A stretch of 64,000 bases of DNA from Candidatus Krumholzibacteriota bacterium (GTDB lineage Bacteria; Krumholzibacteriota; Krumholzibacteriia; JAJRXK01): contig CAWDWO010000020.1 of NCBI GenBank assembly GCA_963806035.1, positions 31,657 through 95,656 of the forward strand, given 5' to 3'. The translations under genes and the position numbers were made by a program. Below the pieces are notes generated by a model that saw only the letters and a program-made list of their open reading frames with translations, had not been told where the DNA came from and ran no database searches. Each line of letters opens with the position of its first letter. Within the stretch, counting starts at the first letter, position 1. This document shows, piece by piece, positions 9,397 to 20,700 of the stretch.

Positions 9397-10995
9397 CTGC
9401 TTCTCTGCCGGGCCTCGATTTGTCGAATCTTCAAATAGAGCATCAGCGCCAGGAACACCATCACCGCAATCGAAAACAAAAGCCCCTTGCGGCGGAATCG
9501 AAACTCCTTTTGCGACTTGGCGATGCTTGCATCTCCGGTTTCGATCGCCTTCAGGCCGACATCCGCGACCTCGTCGAAATCGCTGCGATCGAAGGCGTGC
9601 ACGGCGGAGCGGGATTGACGCAGGGCGTCGTTCAGCTCGGACAGAGATACGGCCAGCGCATCGACATCCAGCCCCTTCGCGGCGAGAGTATGTGTCTCCT
9701 GTTCGAAGTTCGTCTGGGCCGCTTCCATGGTGGTGATTCTCTCGCGGAAGTGAGCCGCGGTGTCATTGCACTTTGGGTTGTCCGGAGCGTATTTCGCGTG
9801 GCAATCGAAACAGAGATGACCCGGTTCGGTCACAAGCATCGAGTCACTCGGCTTGGAGATGTCGTGGGTTCCGTGACATTTCGCGCACTCTGGCCAGCCG
9901 TGCGCGCTGAACACTTGCTTGTGTTTGCTGCCATCGAAGAGCTTGCCGTTGCCGCTGTGACAGGTCCGGCAGACCTCGCTTACCGAGGAGATCTGCGGGG
10001 GCATCGCGGCGTGGTTTCCGTGGCAGTCGTTGCACGCCGGGGCGCCCTGGTCGCCGTCCACCAGTAGTGCCTGACCGTGCACGCTCTTGCGGTACTGCTC
10101 GAGCTGAGTGGTGGGCAACGGGCTTCCGTCCTCGGTCTTGTAACCCGCCATGTACTCAGCGTCGGCGTGGCACTTGCCGCAGGTGGCCGGAATGTTGGAC
10201 TTGAAAGTGCTGGAACGACGGCTGTCCGAGCCCTGGATTCCGTGTACTCCATGACAGCTCACGCACTGCGCTGCCTTGGAATCCTTCTGGCCCAACAAGA
10301 GCTGGCCATGTTTGCTTTCGCGGTACTTGGCCAACTGGTCGGTGGGCAAGGAGGGGTTGAATCCGCGCATGAAAGCAGGATCGGAATGGCAGCGCCCACA
10401 GAACTCGGGAATCCAGGTGCGATCGCGGTGCCGTTGTTCACTGTCCGGCCAGCGCTCGTAGATATCGTCGGACATTTCTGTCTGGTCCGGGTGTCCGCCG
10501 TGACAGCCCGAGCACGAGAGTCCCTGCCGAAAATGCACGTCCGCCAGAAAATTCTGCAGGATGAGTGTGGTGCTGCCACTGCCGTCGTCCCGAATGTGCC
10601 ACAGAGTCGTATCATCCTGCATGTCCTTGTCGGTATGACACAGAATGCAGTTGTCCTTCAGAACCAGTTCCATCTTGTCGGGCGAGAGCTTCAAGGAGAG
10701 CAAGTCGCTGGCGTGGGCGGCCGAGGAAATGAGCCCCGCCTCCACCGCTTTGCTGAAGAGTTCGCGCGCATGATCCGGAAGCTGGGCGTAGTACTCCTGA
10801 AGATCCGCCGCGACCACCGGTTTGCCGGCTTCGTTTTCCTCGAAGAGTTGTCTCACGCCCTGCGAGAGCTGGGACGCTCTCACTGGCGCCGCTGTCTTGC
10901 GCGAGGGCAGGTGCCGCCAAAATCCACGCCGGCGCCGCTGCCAAGAGTAAAAGGAGAAGGCAGAGTCTCGCCGGGAACGTGATTCTCGAATTCAT
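9393..10995 (-). CDS. Nine-heme c-type cytochrome with C-terminal membrane anchor (bc-complex partner); apparent frameshift near 10870-10880
   Basis: 9 CxxCH motifs and C-terminal TM GLLFSIAVMVFLALMLYL. A signal peptide MNSRITFPARLCLLLLLLAAAPAWILAAPALAQ starts at ATG 10995 (ATGA overlap with the cytochrome b stop) in a different frame from the 9393..10883 ORF. Confidence 0.85.
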
Positions 10996-12383
10996 TGGCT
11001 CACCCCCCGCATTTTGCTCGCACTCGAGCCCCGAACGAGGGTGAGTGTCCAAGCGATGGCCACGACCGCAGCCGCGGCGACCAGCGCGCGCAGATAGCTC
11101 ATCCCCAGAAGACCGTGAAGCGCCACGTGCAGCGCGATACCGCCACTGAACAGGAACCAGCGGTGCCGGTAGACGAGGAATCGGAAGACGGTGATGAGCG
11201 CGGCCACCCCCAGGGTCCACCAGGCGCACACGCGCGCGACCGCCCTCACGTCGACCTCGGCCCCGTGACCCGCGCCTCCGCCGATATCCCAGGCCTTCAG
11301 AGTGAGAAAGAGCACGAAGAGGATCGCGCCCACGCCGTAGTCGCTGAAGGCCGGCGAGGGCTTGTTCACTCTCGCCTTGCGATCGAGCCAGGGAACCAGC
11401 GCCCAGCTGCCCATGAGGACCGAGACCATGAGGAGCGCGGCCTGCGGCCCCTCCATGAACCACAGGTGCGGCGGGAATTCCTTGAGCAATTGATAGATCC
11501 AGAGGAAGTACCACTCGGGCTTGATCCCCGGATAGGCCGGCTGCAAGGGATTGGCTTTCAGTCCCAATTCCCATTCGACCCCGGGAACCCCCGGTCCGTA
11601 GGGAAGCATCACGGCCAGAATCATCAGGCCGATGAGACACAAGAGCCACAGGAGTAGATCCCTGAGCAGGAAGTTGGGGAAGAACTTCATGCCGCCTCCC
11701 TTGGGTTCATGTGCCAAGGGTGGAGCCATTCCCTGCCGCTGGATGAGCAGCAGATGAATGCTGATCAAGGCGAAGATGAGCAGAGGGAGCGCGACGACGT
11801 GCAGGGCGAAAAAGCGGTACAGGGTATTGATGGACACGTCGTGTCCTCCCCTCATCACCTGCAGGAGCCACTCCCCGATGCCCGGGACCGCCTTCACCGA
11901 GTCAGTGCCGACCGAAGTCGCGAAGTAGGCCAGCTCGTTCCACGGCAGCAGATAACCCGAAAAGCCGAAGCCCAAACCGATGGCGAAGAGGAGAAAACCC
12001 GTGATCCAGGTAATTTCGCGTGGGGGCCGATAGGCCTTGAGCATCATCGTCGAGAACATGTGGACCGTCAGCGAGACGATCATCAAGTGCGCGCTCCAGC
12101 AGTGCACGGATCGGATGAGCCAGCCGAAAGGCACCTTCGTGGTGATGAACCGGATGCTCTCGTAGGAACTCGCTTCCCCCGGCTTGTAATAGAGCAGGAG
12201 AAGCAAGCCGGTCGCGATTTGGACCAGGAAGAAGAAGAGCGTGGTGCCACCCAGGTAGTACCAGACCATGGGATGATCCCCCAGTGGCACCTCTTTGTGC
12301 TTGAGGAACTCTACCAGGTTACCCAGGGAATAACGGCGATCGAGCCAACGGTACACGGGGTTGGAAATGGCGGGTTGATTCAT
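10992..12383 (-). CDS. petB: Cytochrome b of a Rieske/cytochrome b complex (fused b6 + subunit IV, extra C-terminal helices)
   Basis: YYLGG, GWLIRSVHCWSAH, SGYLLPW, TLYRFFALHV, IKPEWYF. Confidence 0.92.
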   Translation of the reverse strand: MNQPAISNPVYRWLDRRYSLGNLVEFLKHKEVPLGDHPMVWYYLGGTTLFFFLVQIATGLLLLLYYKPGEASSYESIRFITTKVPFGWLIRSVHCWSAHLMIVSLTVHMFSTMMLKAYRPPREITWITGFLLFAIGLGFGFSGYLLPWNELAYFATSVGTDSVKAVPGIGEWLLQVMRGGHDVSINTLYRFFALHVVALPLLIFALISIHLLLIQRQGMAPPLAHEPKGGGMKFFPNFLLRDLLLWLLCLIGLMILAVMLPYGPGVPGVEWELGLKANPLQPAYPGIKPEWYFLWIYQLLKEFPPHLWFMEGPQAALLMVSVLMGSWALVPWLDRKARVNKPSPAFSDYGVGAILFVLFLTLKAWDIGGGAGHGAEVDVRAVARVCAWWTLGVAALITVFRFLVYRHRWFLFSGGIALHVALHGLLGMSYLRALVAAAAVVAIAWTLTLVRGSSASKMRGVSQ

Positions 12384-12838
12384 GCCAGCTTCCCATCGAC
12401 GACGATGTCCTTACCCTCTCGGTCCACTCGAAAGGCCTGGAGCGGCCGCGGCGGCGGACCGGAAATCACGCGTCCGTCGACATCGAAACGCCCGTTGTGA
12501 CATGCGCACCAAATCACACCGTCGCCCGGCACGTACTGCACGGTGCAGCCTTCGTGCGTGCACTTGGCGCTGAGGCAACGCAACTTGTCCGAGCTGTCCT
12601 CGAAGACCAGCAAGCGAGTGGCCCCCGAGCGCACGATGACGAACTGATCGTGATCGAGCTTCGCGGTGTCCTGCGCGCTCAAGTGCACCGGTCCGCTCGC
12701 CCCCTGTTGCGGCAGGGGCTTCAAGTAGCGAAAGATGGGCAGGATGGCGGCCGCGAGGGTGCCCACGACCCCCAGCCCCAAGAGCCAATCCAAGAAACTG
12801 CGGCGGGAAACGAGATCATCACGGGAAGCTTGCGTCAT
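12380..12838 (-). CDS. petC: Rieske [2Fe-2S] protein with Tat signal
   Basis: MTQASRDDLVSRRSFL + TM helix; CTHEGC and WCACHNGRFD...GPPPRPL. ATG 12838; stop overlaps the cytochrome b start. Confidence 0.9.
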   Translation of the reverse strand: MTQASRDDLVSRRSFLDWLLGLGVVGTLAAAILPIFRYLKPLPQQGASGPVHLSAQDTAKLDHDQFVIVRSGATRLLVFEDSSDKLRCLSAKCTHEGCTVQYVPGDGVIWCACHNGRFDVDGRVISGPPPRPLQAFRVDREGKDIVVDGKLA

Positions 12839-12957
12839 GGAGCCCTTTCTGCCGATTCTGGCGCCACCGAGCCACCGGCCTCTCCCCTGCCCCCTGCACT
12901 TTCCCTTGGCAAGGCGAAGATCCGGACGTACGCTCGTACCATACTGGATATTGGGCT

Positions 12958-12977
12958 CTTGAGTCTGTTTACTCAAG
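12958..12977. promoter_or_regulatory. Inverted repeat, candidate operator in a divergent promoter region
   Basis: CTTGAGT-CTGTTT-ACTCAAG, a perfect 7-6-7 palindrome in an AT-richer intergenic region. Confidence 0.5.
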
Positions 12978-13054
12978 TACTGATTGAGGGACTTTAAGGG
13001 ACCCTCCAGCAGGAGTTCAATCTCGGATTGCCCCCCGCAACGAGAGACGAAGCC

Positions 13055-14821
13055 GTGCCCGACGAGCGAATCCAGAGACTGGAGAGGGCTTTCGAAGCTC
13101 TGCGTCTGCGCGTGGAGGCCCTCGAGGAGGAGCTGCAACACGGCGGCGCGAAGGGAGCTTCCCCGGCGGAGCCCACTCCGCTCCCGGCCGGGGAAGCGGA
13201 AGCCGCGGGCGCCTGGGCCGCCGCGCCACCCAAGCGCAGTCTGCTTCCCCTCTTGGGCAGGACCCTGCTGGTCCTGGGGGGCGCCTTCTTCCTCAGAGCG
13301 GCCACCGACGCGGGGATCCTCCCCCGGACCACGGGCGCCGCCATGGGACTCGTTTACGGACTGAGTTTCTTGCCGCTCGCGTACCGCGCGGCCCACCGCG
13401 AAGGCTTCGTGCGCAGCGCCTTCTTTCACGGGCTCTCCTCGGCCCTCGTGGTCTTCCCCCTGCTCTTCGAGGCGACGGTTCAACTCAAGTATCTCGCGCC
13501 TCCGCTGAGCGCCGCGGCGCTCGCCCTCTCGGTGGGTGCGGCGCTCTTCATCGCCTGGCGACGAGGCCTTCATGGAGTGGCCTGGATCTTCGCCGGGGTG
13601 GGGGCCCCGCTGGCGCTGGCTTTGGCCATGCTGACGAAACTGTGGTTGCCCTATCTCGCCATCGCACTCGCGATCTACAGCTGCACGCTGCTTCTGGCCT
13701 ACGCGCGACAGTGGTTGTTCTTGGGAATCTCGGGCGCGGTCCTGGCCGACATGATGGTGCTGTTGCTCAGCTCCTTGTATCTGCTCTCGAGCGAAGGCAC
13801 TCCGCTGAGCGGCATGGACTTGCGGATTCTCGTGCTTCTGCAATACGCATTGGTCGGCGTGTATCTGGGGACCTTCGCCCAGCGTACTCTGGTAAGCGGG
13901 CGGGAAATCCTCCCTTTGGAAATCGTCCAGACCGTGTTCGTGCTGATCGTCGGGATGGGAGGAGCGCTCGCGCTGGCCGGGCACCACCCGCATCTGCGCT
14001 TGTTCATGGGCGGCACCGCGCTCTTGGCCACCGCATCGAGTTACGCGGTCTCCTTCAGCTTCATCGACCGGCGTCTGGCGCGCCGACGCAACTTCATCTT
14101 CTACACCAGCATCGCGCTGGTCTTCATGCTGGTGGCTTCCTTCACTCTCTTCAGCGGAGAGGTGCGCAGCTGGATTCTCCTGGCGGACGCCTCGCTCACC
14201 GCGCTCATCGCCCTACGCAAGCAGCGCACGACTCTGCTTCTGCACGCCGCGCTCTTCACCGTGGCGGCCGCGCTGAGTTCGGGATTACTGCGGCTTTCCT
14301 TGGGCGCACTCCTGGGTTGGGAGTCGGAGCTGGGGAATCACCACGCACTGCCGCTGGCAGCGGTGATGCTGGCCGCGGCCGCGTGCGCGAGCGTGCGCGT
14401 GGGAGCCTTTCGCGGTACTTGGGGCCCGCTGGCGCGCGCGCCGCGCACCCTGTGTCTCGCTCTTTTGGTGCTGGGGATCAGTGGAATCGGCACGCTCTTG
14501 GGGGGCGCAGTCCTGGCGGGTGATGCCAGCGGCGCTCGCGATGCCGCGATCTTGGCCTCCCTGCGCACGGGATTGCTCGCGGTGGTGGCCGTGCTCCTGG
14601 CCTGGATTTCCGCCAAGTCGCGCTTCAAGGAGGCGCGTTGGCTCGTGTATCCGACCCTGGTTCTCGGAGGGGCCGAGTTGCTCCTCGGCGATCTCCGCTA
14701 TGGCCGTTCCGCCACCATGTTCATCTCACTGGTGATCTACGGCAGCGCGCTCATCCTCGCCCCTCGCCTCTTGAAGAGGTTGGCAAGCAAGTCGCCCTCC
14801 CCCACCGTAAGCTCCGGCTGA
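13055..14821 (+). CDS. Polytopic membrane protein, DUF2339-like
   Basis: N-terminal coiled coil ERIQRLERAFEALRLRVEALE, then LGRTLLVLGGAFFLR and many hydrophobic helices. Confidence 0.6.
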   Translation: MPDERIQRLERAFEALRLRVEALEEELQHGGAKGASPAEPTPLPAGEAEAAGAWAAAPPKRSLLPLLGRTLLVLGGAFFLRAATDAGILPRTTGAAMGLVYGLSFLPLAYRAAHREGFVRSAFFHGLSSALVVFPLLFEATVQLKYLAPPLSAAALALSVGAALFIAWRRGLHGVAWIFAGVGAPLALALAMLTKLWLPYLAIALAIYSCTLLLAYARQWLFLGISGAVLADMMVLLLSSLYLLSSEGTPLSGMDLRILVLLQYALVGVYLGTFAQRTLVSGREILPLEIVQTVFVLIVGMGGALALAGHHPHLRLFMGGTALLATASSYAVSFSFIDRRLARRRNFIFYTSIALVFMLVASFTLFSGEVRSWILLADASLTALIALRKQRTTLLLHAALFTVAAALSSGLLRLSLGALLGWESELGNHHALPLAAVMLAAAACASVRVGAFRGTWGPLARAPRTLCLALLVLGISGIGTLLGGAVLAGDASGARDAAILASLRTGLLAVVAVLLAWISAKSRFKEARWLVYPTLVLGGAELLLGDLRYGRSATMFISLVIYGSALILAPRLLKRLASKSPSPTVSSG

Positions 14822-14831
14822 ACGCCGATCC

Positions 14832-16559
14832 TCAGGCGTGGATGTGCAGCACCGCATCCGCGCTCAGAGGCGAGCTGAAGCGGATCTTTCTTCCTCCGGT
14901 CACCGGGTCCCCCGCCGAAGTCGTGCCGTCGGTCGGATCCAGCCACTCCACCTGCAGGGTCGCCTGGCCCGTCGCTGACAAATCGACGGTGACGCTGCCG
15001 CCGGAGGGCAGATAGACCAGATAGACGGGCCCCTCCGAGGACGCCTTCGCCAGGCAATAGCCGGTGGAGGCGAGTGCGCCGCTGGGTACCATTTGGTTGA
15101 GGGGGAGGCGGCGCGCAAGCGCGGCCACGTAGCCCATGTTGGCTCGCAAGCTCACCCAGGTGGGATCATCGAAGTTGAAGCCCTCGCCCCCCACTCCGTA
15201 TCCCTGGCCGTCGTAGCCGTCCATGAAAATGGGATTCCTGCCGCGCAGGAAGGATTTCCAGACCCAATAGCGGTCCCCGCAGATTCCACAGAGATGATCG
15301 GTATCATCCAGAATGACTTTGCTTCCGTCGGCGGCCGGCGGATCGTCGATGCCGCCATTGGGCGAGATCCAATCAGCTTCGCTGGCGAAGAGCGCACTGT
15401 TGTCACCGTTGGGCCACTCCACCGTGATCCCCACCGGATGCTGGTCGGGCAAGCCGGCCTCGTACTGCTTGATCACTTCCAGCATGTGGTTCTGCCAGCC
15501 CATCGAGCCGGAATTGCTCTCGTTGCTGATTTCGAAGAGCACGTTGTCCAGATCGTTGACGCTGTCGATGACCTTCTTCACGTAGGCCTCTTGGATTGCG
15601 GTGACCGCGGGATTGGCAAGCTCGTGGGTCTCCTCCCCGCTGTCGTTTCCGTTCAAATCGCCGTTGATCCCGTTGATGTTGTTGCTGGCCTTGAAGGGAT
15701 GGCCGTGCCAGGGATTGTTGTACGAGAAGTTCCCCTTCGCATCGACCACGCTCCAGCCGTTGAAGAGCATGATCGAGACGTAGATAGCATTCGCGCGCGC
15801 AGTGAGCACGCGCTGGCGAAGCCGGTCGAAGTAGTTCTGGTCGAACTGGCTGAGATCGAACTTGGGCAGGCCGTCATCGGCCACGCCCGGACCGCTTCGC
15901 ACGAATGGCGTGGTCGGATTGAACCAGTACTGGTCATCCGCCGTCTCCAGAGTCCAGCGCGATTGCTCCCAGGTCCACAGCCGGAAGAAGTTGTGTCTGT
16001 TCTGCTTCAGAAAGCTGAGGAAGGCGTTGTAGTCGAACTCGGGTGGAGGGTTGCCTCTGCCGGCGTCCTGGAAATCGAGCCAGGTGTGCGAACCGGTCAA
16101 GAGCACGGTTCGCCCGCGCGAGTCGATGAAATAACGCGGATTCTGCGGGCTCACCTCGAGCGGCCCCATCCCCAGAACCACGCGATCCAAAACGCCGAAG
16201 CTCACCCCACCGACCACCCCGTCATCTTTCACCTGAATGAGAGCCGAACCAGCTCCGGCGCCCGTCGCGACGCCCTTGCTCCCCTCGTCGTTGCTCACGC
16301 TCACGATCGAAGGGTCGGATGAGCTCCATTCCACTTGATCGGAGATGTCGTGTCGCGAGCCATCGGCGTAGAAGCCCGTGGCAAACAACCTCTGAGTTTG
16401 ACCCACGTCGACCTCGGCATCCTGCGGAGTCACGACGATGGAAGTAAGCGAATCGGTTCCGGGGAGCCTCTCGGCACTGACGCTGCCTTCTTCTCCTCCA
16501 CACGCCACGAGGAGGGAGAGGATTCCCAGCACGAGCAAACGCGGTGACATGACACTCAT
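14832..16559 (-). CDS. Lipoprotein with Ig-like (Big_2) domain, glycoside-hydrolase-like (DUF6298/DUF4038-type) domain and C-terminal collagen-binding-like domain
   Basis: Lipobox LLVAC; SIVVTP...ATGFYADGS..DISDQVEWSSSD; NPRYF..LLTGSHTW; NVLFEISNE; YLVYLP...VEWLDPTDG. Confidence 0.7.
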   Translation of the reverse strand: MSVMSPRLLVLGILSLLVACGGEEGSVSAERLPGTDSLTSIVVTPQDAEVDVGQTQRLFATGFYADGSRHDISDQVEWSSSDPSIVSVSNDEGSKGVATGAGAGSALIQVKDDGVVGGVSFGVLDRVVLGMGPLEVSPQNPRYFIDSRGRTVLLTGSHTWLDFQDAGRGNPPPEFDYNAFLSFLKQNRHNFFRLWTWEQSRWTLETADDQYWFNPTTPFVRSGPGVADDGLPKFDLSQFDQNYFDRLRQRVLTARANAIYVSIMLFNGWSVVDAKGNFSYNNPWHGHPFKASNNINGINGDLNGNDSGEETHELANPAVTAIQEAYVKKVIDSVNDLDNVLFEISNESNSGSMGWQNHMLEVIKQYEAGLPDQHPVGITVEWPNGDNSALFASEADWISPNGGIDDPPAADGSKVILDDTDHLCGICGDRYWVWKSFLRGRNPIFMDGYDGQGYGVGGEGFNFDDPTWVSLRANMGYVAALARRLPLNQMVPSGALASTGYCLAKASSEGPVYLVYLPSGGSVTVDLSATGQATLQVEWLDPTDGTTSAGDPVTGGRKIRFSSPLSADAVLHIHA

Positions 16560-16738
16560 GGCTTGCACCTGATGACTGGAAGCGGGGATCGGACTCGAAT
16601 GACTCGGCCCAAGGCTGCAAAGGGGCTCGCCGGGAAGTCCCTCACGGGGGCTCCGGGAGACGCCCCGGATCCCAGACAGTCTATCATAACGGGGGCGAGC
16701 CCGCATTTCGGGCCCGTTTACCAGCGTTCAGGGGCGGC

Positions 16739-17746
16739 TCAGACCCACTCGTTGGTGTACTTCGTGAGCGCTTTCATGTAGTTCCCGCGCTCGAAGGCCT
16801 CGGGATTGGCGCAATTCGCCTGGCTGAACGAGCCCTTCAGCTGCTCCACGCTCGCGTACTCTTTCTCCTCCATCCACGCGTTCAAACCGCGCAGGATCTC
16901 GCTCACGTGGCCAGGACCCTTGCGCAGCAGCACGCTGGCCAGAGCAGCGGCGTCGGCGCCGACCAAGAGCATACGCGCCAGATCGAGGTGGTCGTGCACT
17001 CCGCTGGTGGCGCACAGACTCAAACCCACCTGGTCCTTGAGGATTGCAATCCACCGCAGGGCCAAGAGCATTTCTTCCCGGCTGCTCAGAACCAGGTGCG
17101 GCACGACTTCCATCTCGAGGAGATCGAGATCGGGTTGCAAGTAGCGGTTGAAGAGTACCAGTCCGTCGGCGCCGGCGAAGTCGAGACGGGTGGCCATGTG
17201 CGGCAGGCTGGAGAAGTAAGGGCCCAGCTTCACCGCCAGAGGAAGTTGCGTTCCCTTGCGCACCTGTTCGACCAGCTGAATGATGCGACGCTCGACATCC
17301 TCTCCCGTCATCTCGGGATCGGCGGGTACGTAGTACACGTTGAGCTCCAGGGCATCGGCTCCCGCTTCCTCCATCATCGTGGCGAAGCGCGACCAGCCAC
17401 CGGGAGAATGCCCGTTCAAGCTGGCGATGACCGGTACCGAGAGACTCGACTTCGCGGCCCGAATGTGCTCGAGGTATTCCTGCGGCCCCCGCTTGTACTC
17501 CGTCAGCTGAGGAAAGTACCCGGTGACTTCCGGAGAGTTCTCCGCGCCGTATTGATCCAGCCTTTGTTCCTGGAGCTCCTCGTGTTCGACTTGCTCCTCG
17601 AAGAGACTGGGAAGTACGACCCCTCCCACTCCGGCGTCCTCCAGACGCTTGAGAGTGTCGAGGTCACCGGTGAGCGGAGAAGACGAAGCCAAGAGCGGAT
17701 TCTTCAAACTCAGGCCCAGATAGTCGCTGGTCAGATTCGACTTCAT
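16739..17746 (-). CDS. Dihydroorotate dehydrogenase-like flavoprotein
   Basis: YLGLSLKNPLLASSSPL, VVLPSLFEEQ, ALELNVY, AVKLGPYF, GLVLFNR, FERGNYMK. ATGA overlap with nifJ. Confidence 0.88.
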   Translation of the reverse strand: MKSNLTSDYLGLSLKNPLLASSSPLTGDLDTLKRLEDAGVGGVVLPSLFEEQVEHEELQEQRLDQYGAENSPEVTGYFPQLTEYKRGPQEYLEHIRAAKSSLSVPVIASLNGHSPGGWSRFATMMEEAGADALELNVYYVPADPEMTGEDVERRIIQLVEQVRKGTQLPLAVKLGPYFSSLPHMATRLDFAGADGLVLFNRYLQPDLDLLEMEVVPHLVLSSREEMLLALRWIAILKDQVGLSLCATSGVHDHLDLARMLLVGADAAALASVLLRKGPGHVSEILRGLNAWMEEKEYASVEQLKGSFSQANCANPEAFERGNYMKALTKYTNEWV

Positions 17747-20700
17747 TCCTTCGGCTCCTTCGAAAGACGATCCGCGTCCTCTTCTTCGTCGGCGGGAAGC
17801 GTGCGCTCCACCCCCGCCAGTTGCTTGTAGTACTTGTAGCGCTGCTCGATTTCGCTCTGCGCCACCGCGAAGAGACGTTTCGCCCGTTCGGGTTTACTTC
17901 GCTCGAGCATTCCGAAGCGCGCCTCCTTCAAGGCAAAGTCACGGAAGGGAATCGACGGTTGTTTGCTGTCCAGCTTGAAGGGCGTCGATCCCTCGGTGTG
18001 CGCCTCGTCCGGATTGTAGTGATAGAGGCTGATGAAGCCACTCTTCACGCCTTCCTTCTGGTGCGACATCGAAGTGCTCATGTCGATGCCGTGCGCGATG
18101 CAGTGGCTGTAGGCGATGATCAAGGAGGGACCGTCGTAGGCTTCGGCCTCCTTCATGACCCTGATGGTGTGGCTCGGATTGGCCCCGAGGGCAACCTGCG
18201 CCACATAGCAATTGCCGTAGGCCATCGCGATCATGCCGAGATCCTTCTTGCCCAGGGACTTGCCCCCCGCGGCGAATTTGGCCACCGCGGCGCGCGGCGT
18301 GGCCTTGCTAGCCTGGCCACCGGTGTTCGAATAGACCTCCGTGTCCAGCACCAGGATGTTGACGTTGCGACCTGAGGCAATGACGTGGTCGAGACCACCG
18401 AAGCCGATGTCGTAGGCCCAGCCGTCACCACCCACGATCCAAACACTGCGGCGCACCAGGGAATCGGCCACGGCCAGAAGATCGCGCGCATCGAGATCTT
18501 CCTCACCCTGCAACATCTCCTTGAGTTCGGCGACCCGCGCCCTCTGCGCGGTGATCCCCGCCTCGGTCTTCTGCTCGCCTTCGAGCAACCCGCCGGCCAG
18601 ATCTCCACCCAGACGCGCGCTCATCTTGCGCACGAGACTGCGCGCGAAGGATGTCTGCGCCTCGACCGCCAAGCGCATGCCGATCCCGAACTCCGCGTTG
18701 TCCTCGAAGAGCGAGTTGTTCCAGGCGGGCCCGTGTCCGGCCGCGTTGGTGGTGTAGGGAGTGGTGGGAAGGTTCCCGCCGTAGATGGACGAGCAACCGG
18801 TGGCGTTGGCGATGATCATGCGGTCGCCGAAGAGCTGCGTCGCCAGCTTGATGTAGGGAGTCTCTCCGCAGCCGGCGCAGGCGCCGGAGAACTCGAAGAG
18901 AGGTTCGCCGAGTTGGCTGCCCTTGATGCTGTCCAGCTTCACGTCCTGCCGGGGCAGATACTCGATCGAGGAGAAATAGTCGAAATTGGCCCGCTCACGC
19001 TCGAGATGATCGCGCTGGGGCTCCATGTTGATCGCCTTGTGTTTGGCGACCTTCTTGGAGTGCGCGGGACACACGTCGACGCAGACGCCGCAGCCGGTGC
19101 AGTCGTCGGGGGCGACCTGAATTGCCATTTCCAGTCCCTCGTGCTCCTTGGTCTTCCAGGGCACCGAGAGGAAGCCTTCGGGCCGGTCGCCGTTGCGATC
19201 CTTCGGGTCCCAGGCGTTCATGCGGATGGCAGCGTGCGGACACACCAGCGAGCAGAGTGCGCACTGGATGCAGATCTCGGGATCCCAAATGGGAATCTCC
19301 TGCGCGATGCTGCGCTTCTCCCACTTCGTAGTCCCGGTGGGGAAGGTCCCGTCGACCGGCATCGCGCTCACCGGCAACAGGTCCCCCTTGCCTTCGATCA
19401 TGATGCGCGTGACGCGCTGCACGAAATCGGGTGCGATTTCGGGCACTCCCGGATGACGCCGGATGGTGGAGTTGACCTTGCCCGGCACCTTGACCTCGCT
19501 GAGCGCGCCCAAGGACGCGTCCACCGCGGCGAAGTTGCGATCGAGTACCGCCTGGCCACGTTTGCCGTAGGTCTTGCGGATGGCCTCCTTGATCCTGGCG
19601 ATCGCGTCGTCCTTGGGCAAAACGCCGCTGATGGCGAAGAAGCAGGTCTGCATCACGGTGTTGATTCGCGTGCCCATGCCAGCTTCCTTGGCCACCTTGT
19701 AGCCGTCCACCACGTAGAACTTCAGCTTCTTGTCGAGGATGCCCTGCTGCGTTTCCGCGGGAATCTGATCCCAGACCTCTTCGGCGGAGAAGGGACTGTT
19801 CAGGAGGAAGGTCGCGCCCTCGCAGGCTGTCTCCAGAACGTCCATCTTCTCCAGGAAGTTGAACTGGTGGCAGGCCACGAAATTCGCGCGGCGAATGAGA
19901 TAGGTGCTCTCGATGGGACGCGGCCCGAAACGCAGGTGGCTGACGGTGGTGCTGCCGGCCTTCTTCGAGTCGTAGACGAAGTAGCCCTGAGCGTACATCT
20001 CGGTTTCTTCACCGATGATCTTCACCGAGTTCTTGCTGGCTCCCACCGTGCCGTCGCTGCCCAGTCCGTAGAACACGGCGCGGGTGACGTCGTCGGGTTC
20101 GGTGACGAAATCGTCATCCCAGTCGAGGCTGAGGTGCGTCACGTCGTCGACGATACCCACGGTGAAGCGGCGCAGCGCATCCTCCTTCTTCGCCTCGTCC
20201 AGGACTCCCTTCACCATGGCGGGAGTGAATTCCTTGCTCGAAAGACCGTAGCGGCCGCCGATGACCCGCGGCGCTTCACCCTGCCACTCCTCGCGCACGG
20301 CGGTGAGCACGTCCAGGTAGAGCGGCTCCGCCGGAGCGCCCGGCTCCTTGGTCCGATCCAACACCGCCAGAGTCTTCACCGTGTCGGGGAGCGCTTTCAC
20401 CAGGGCCTTCATGTCGAAGGGGCGGTAGAGCCGCACCTTGAGCAGGCCGACGGGCTCACCCATTTCGTTCAGCTTGCGGACCGCTTCCTCGGCCGCGCCC
20501 ACCCCGCTGCCCATGAGCACCACCACGCGCTCGGCCTGGGGCGAACCCACGTAATCGAAGAGCTGGTATTGGCGTCCGGTCAGCTTTGCGAACTCGTCCA
20601 TCGTTTCCTGCACGAGTTCGCTACAGCGATCGTAGAAGGGATTGATGGCCTCACGCGCCTGGAAGAAGACGTCCGGGTTCTGCGCCGATCCTCTGAGTAC

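Noticed and set aside
12839..13993. N-terminal 385 aa of the 537-aa ORF containing the Rieske domain
   Set aside because: Antisense to the DUF2339-like gene; the Tat signal and RBS place the real start at 12838.
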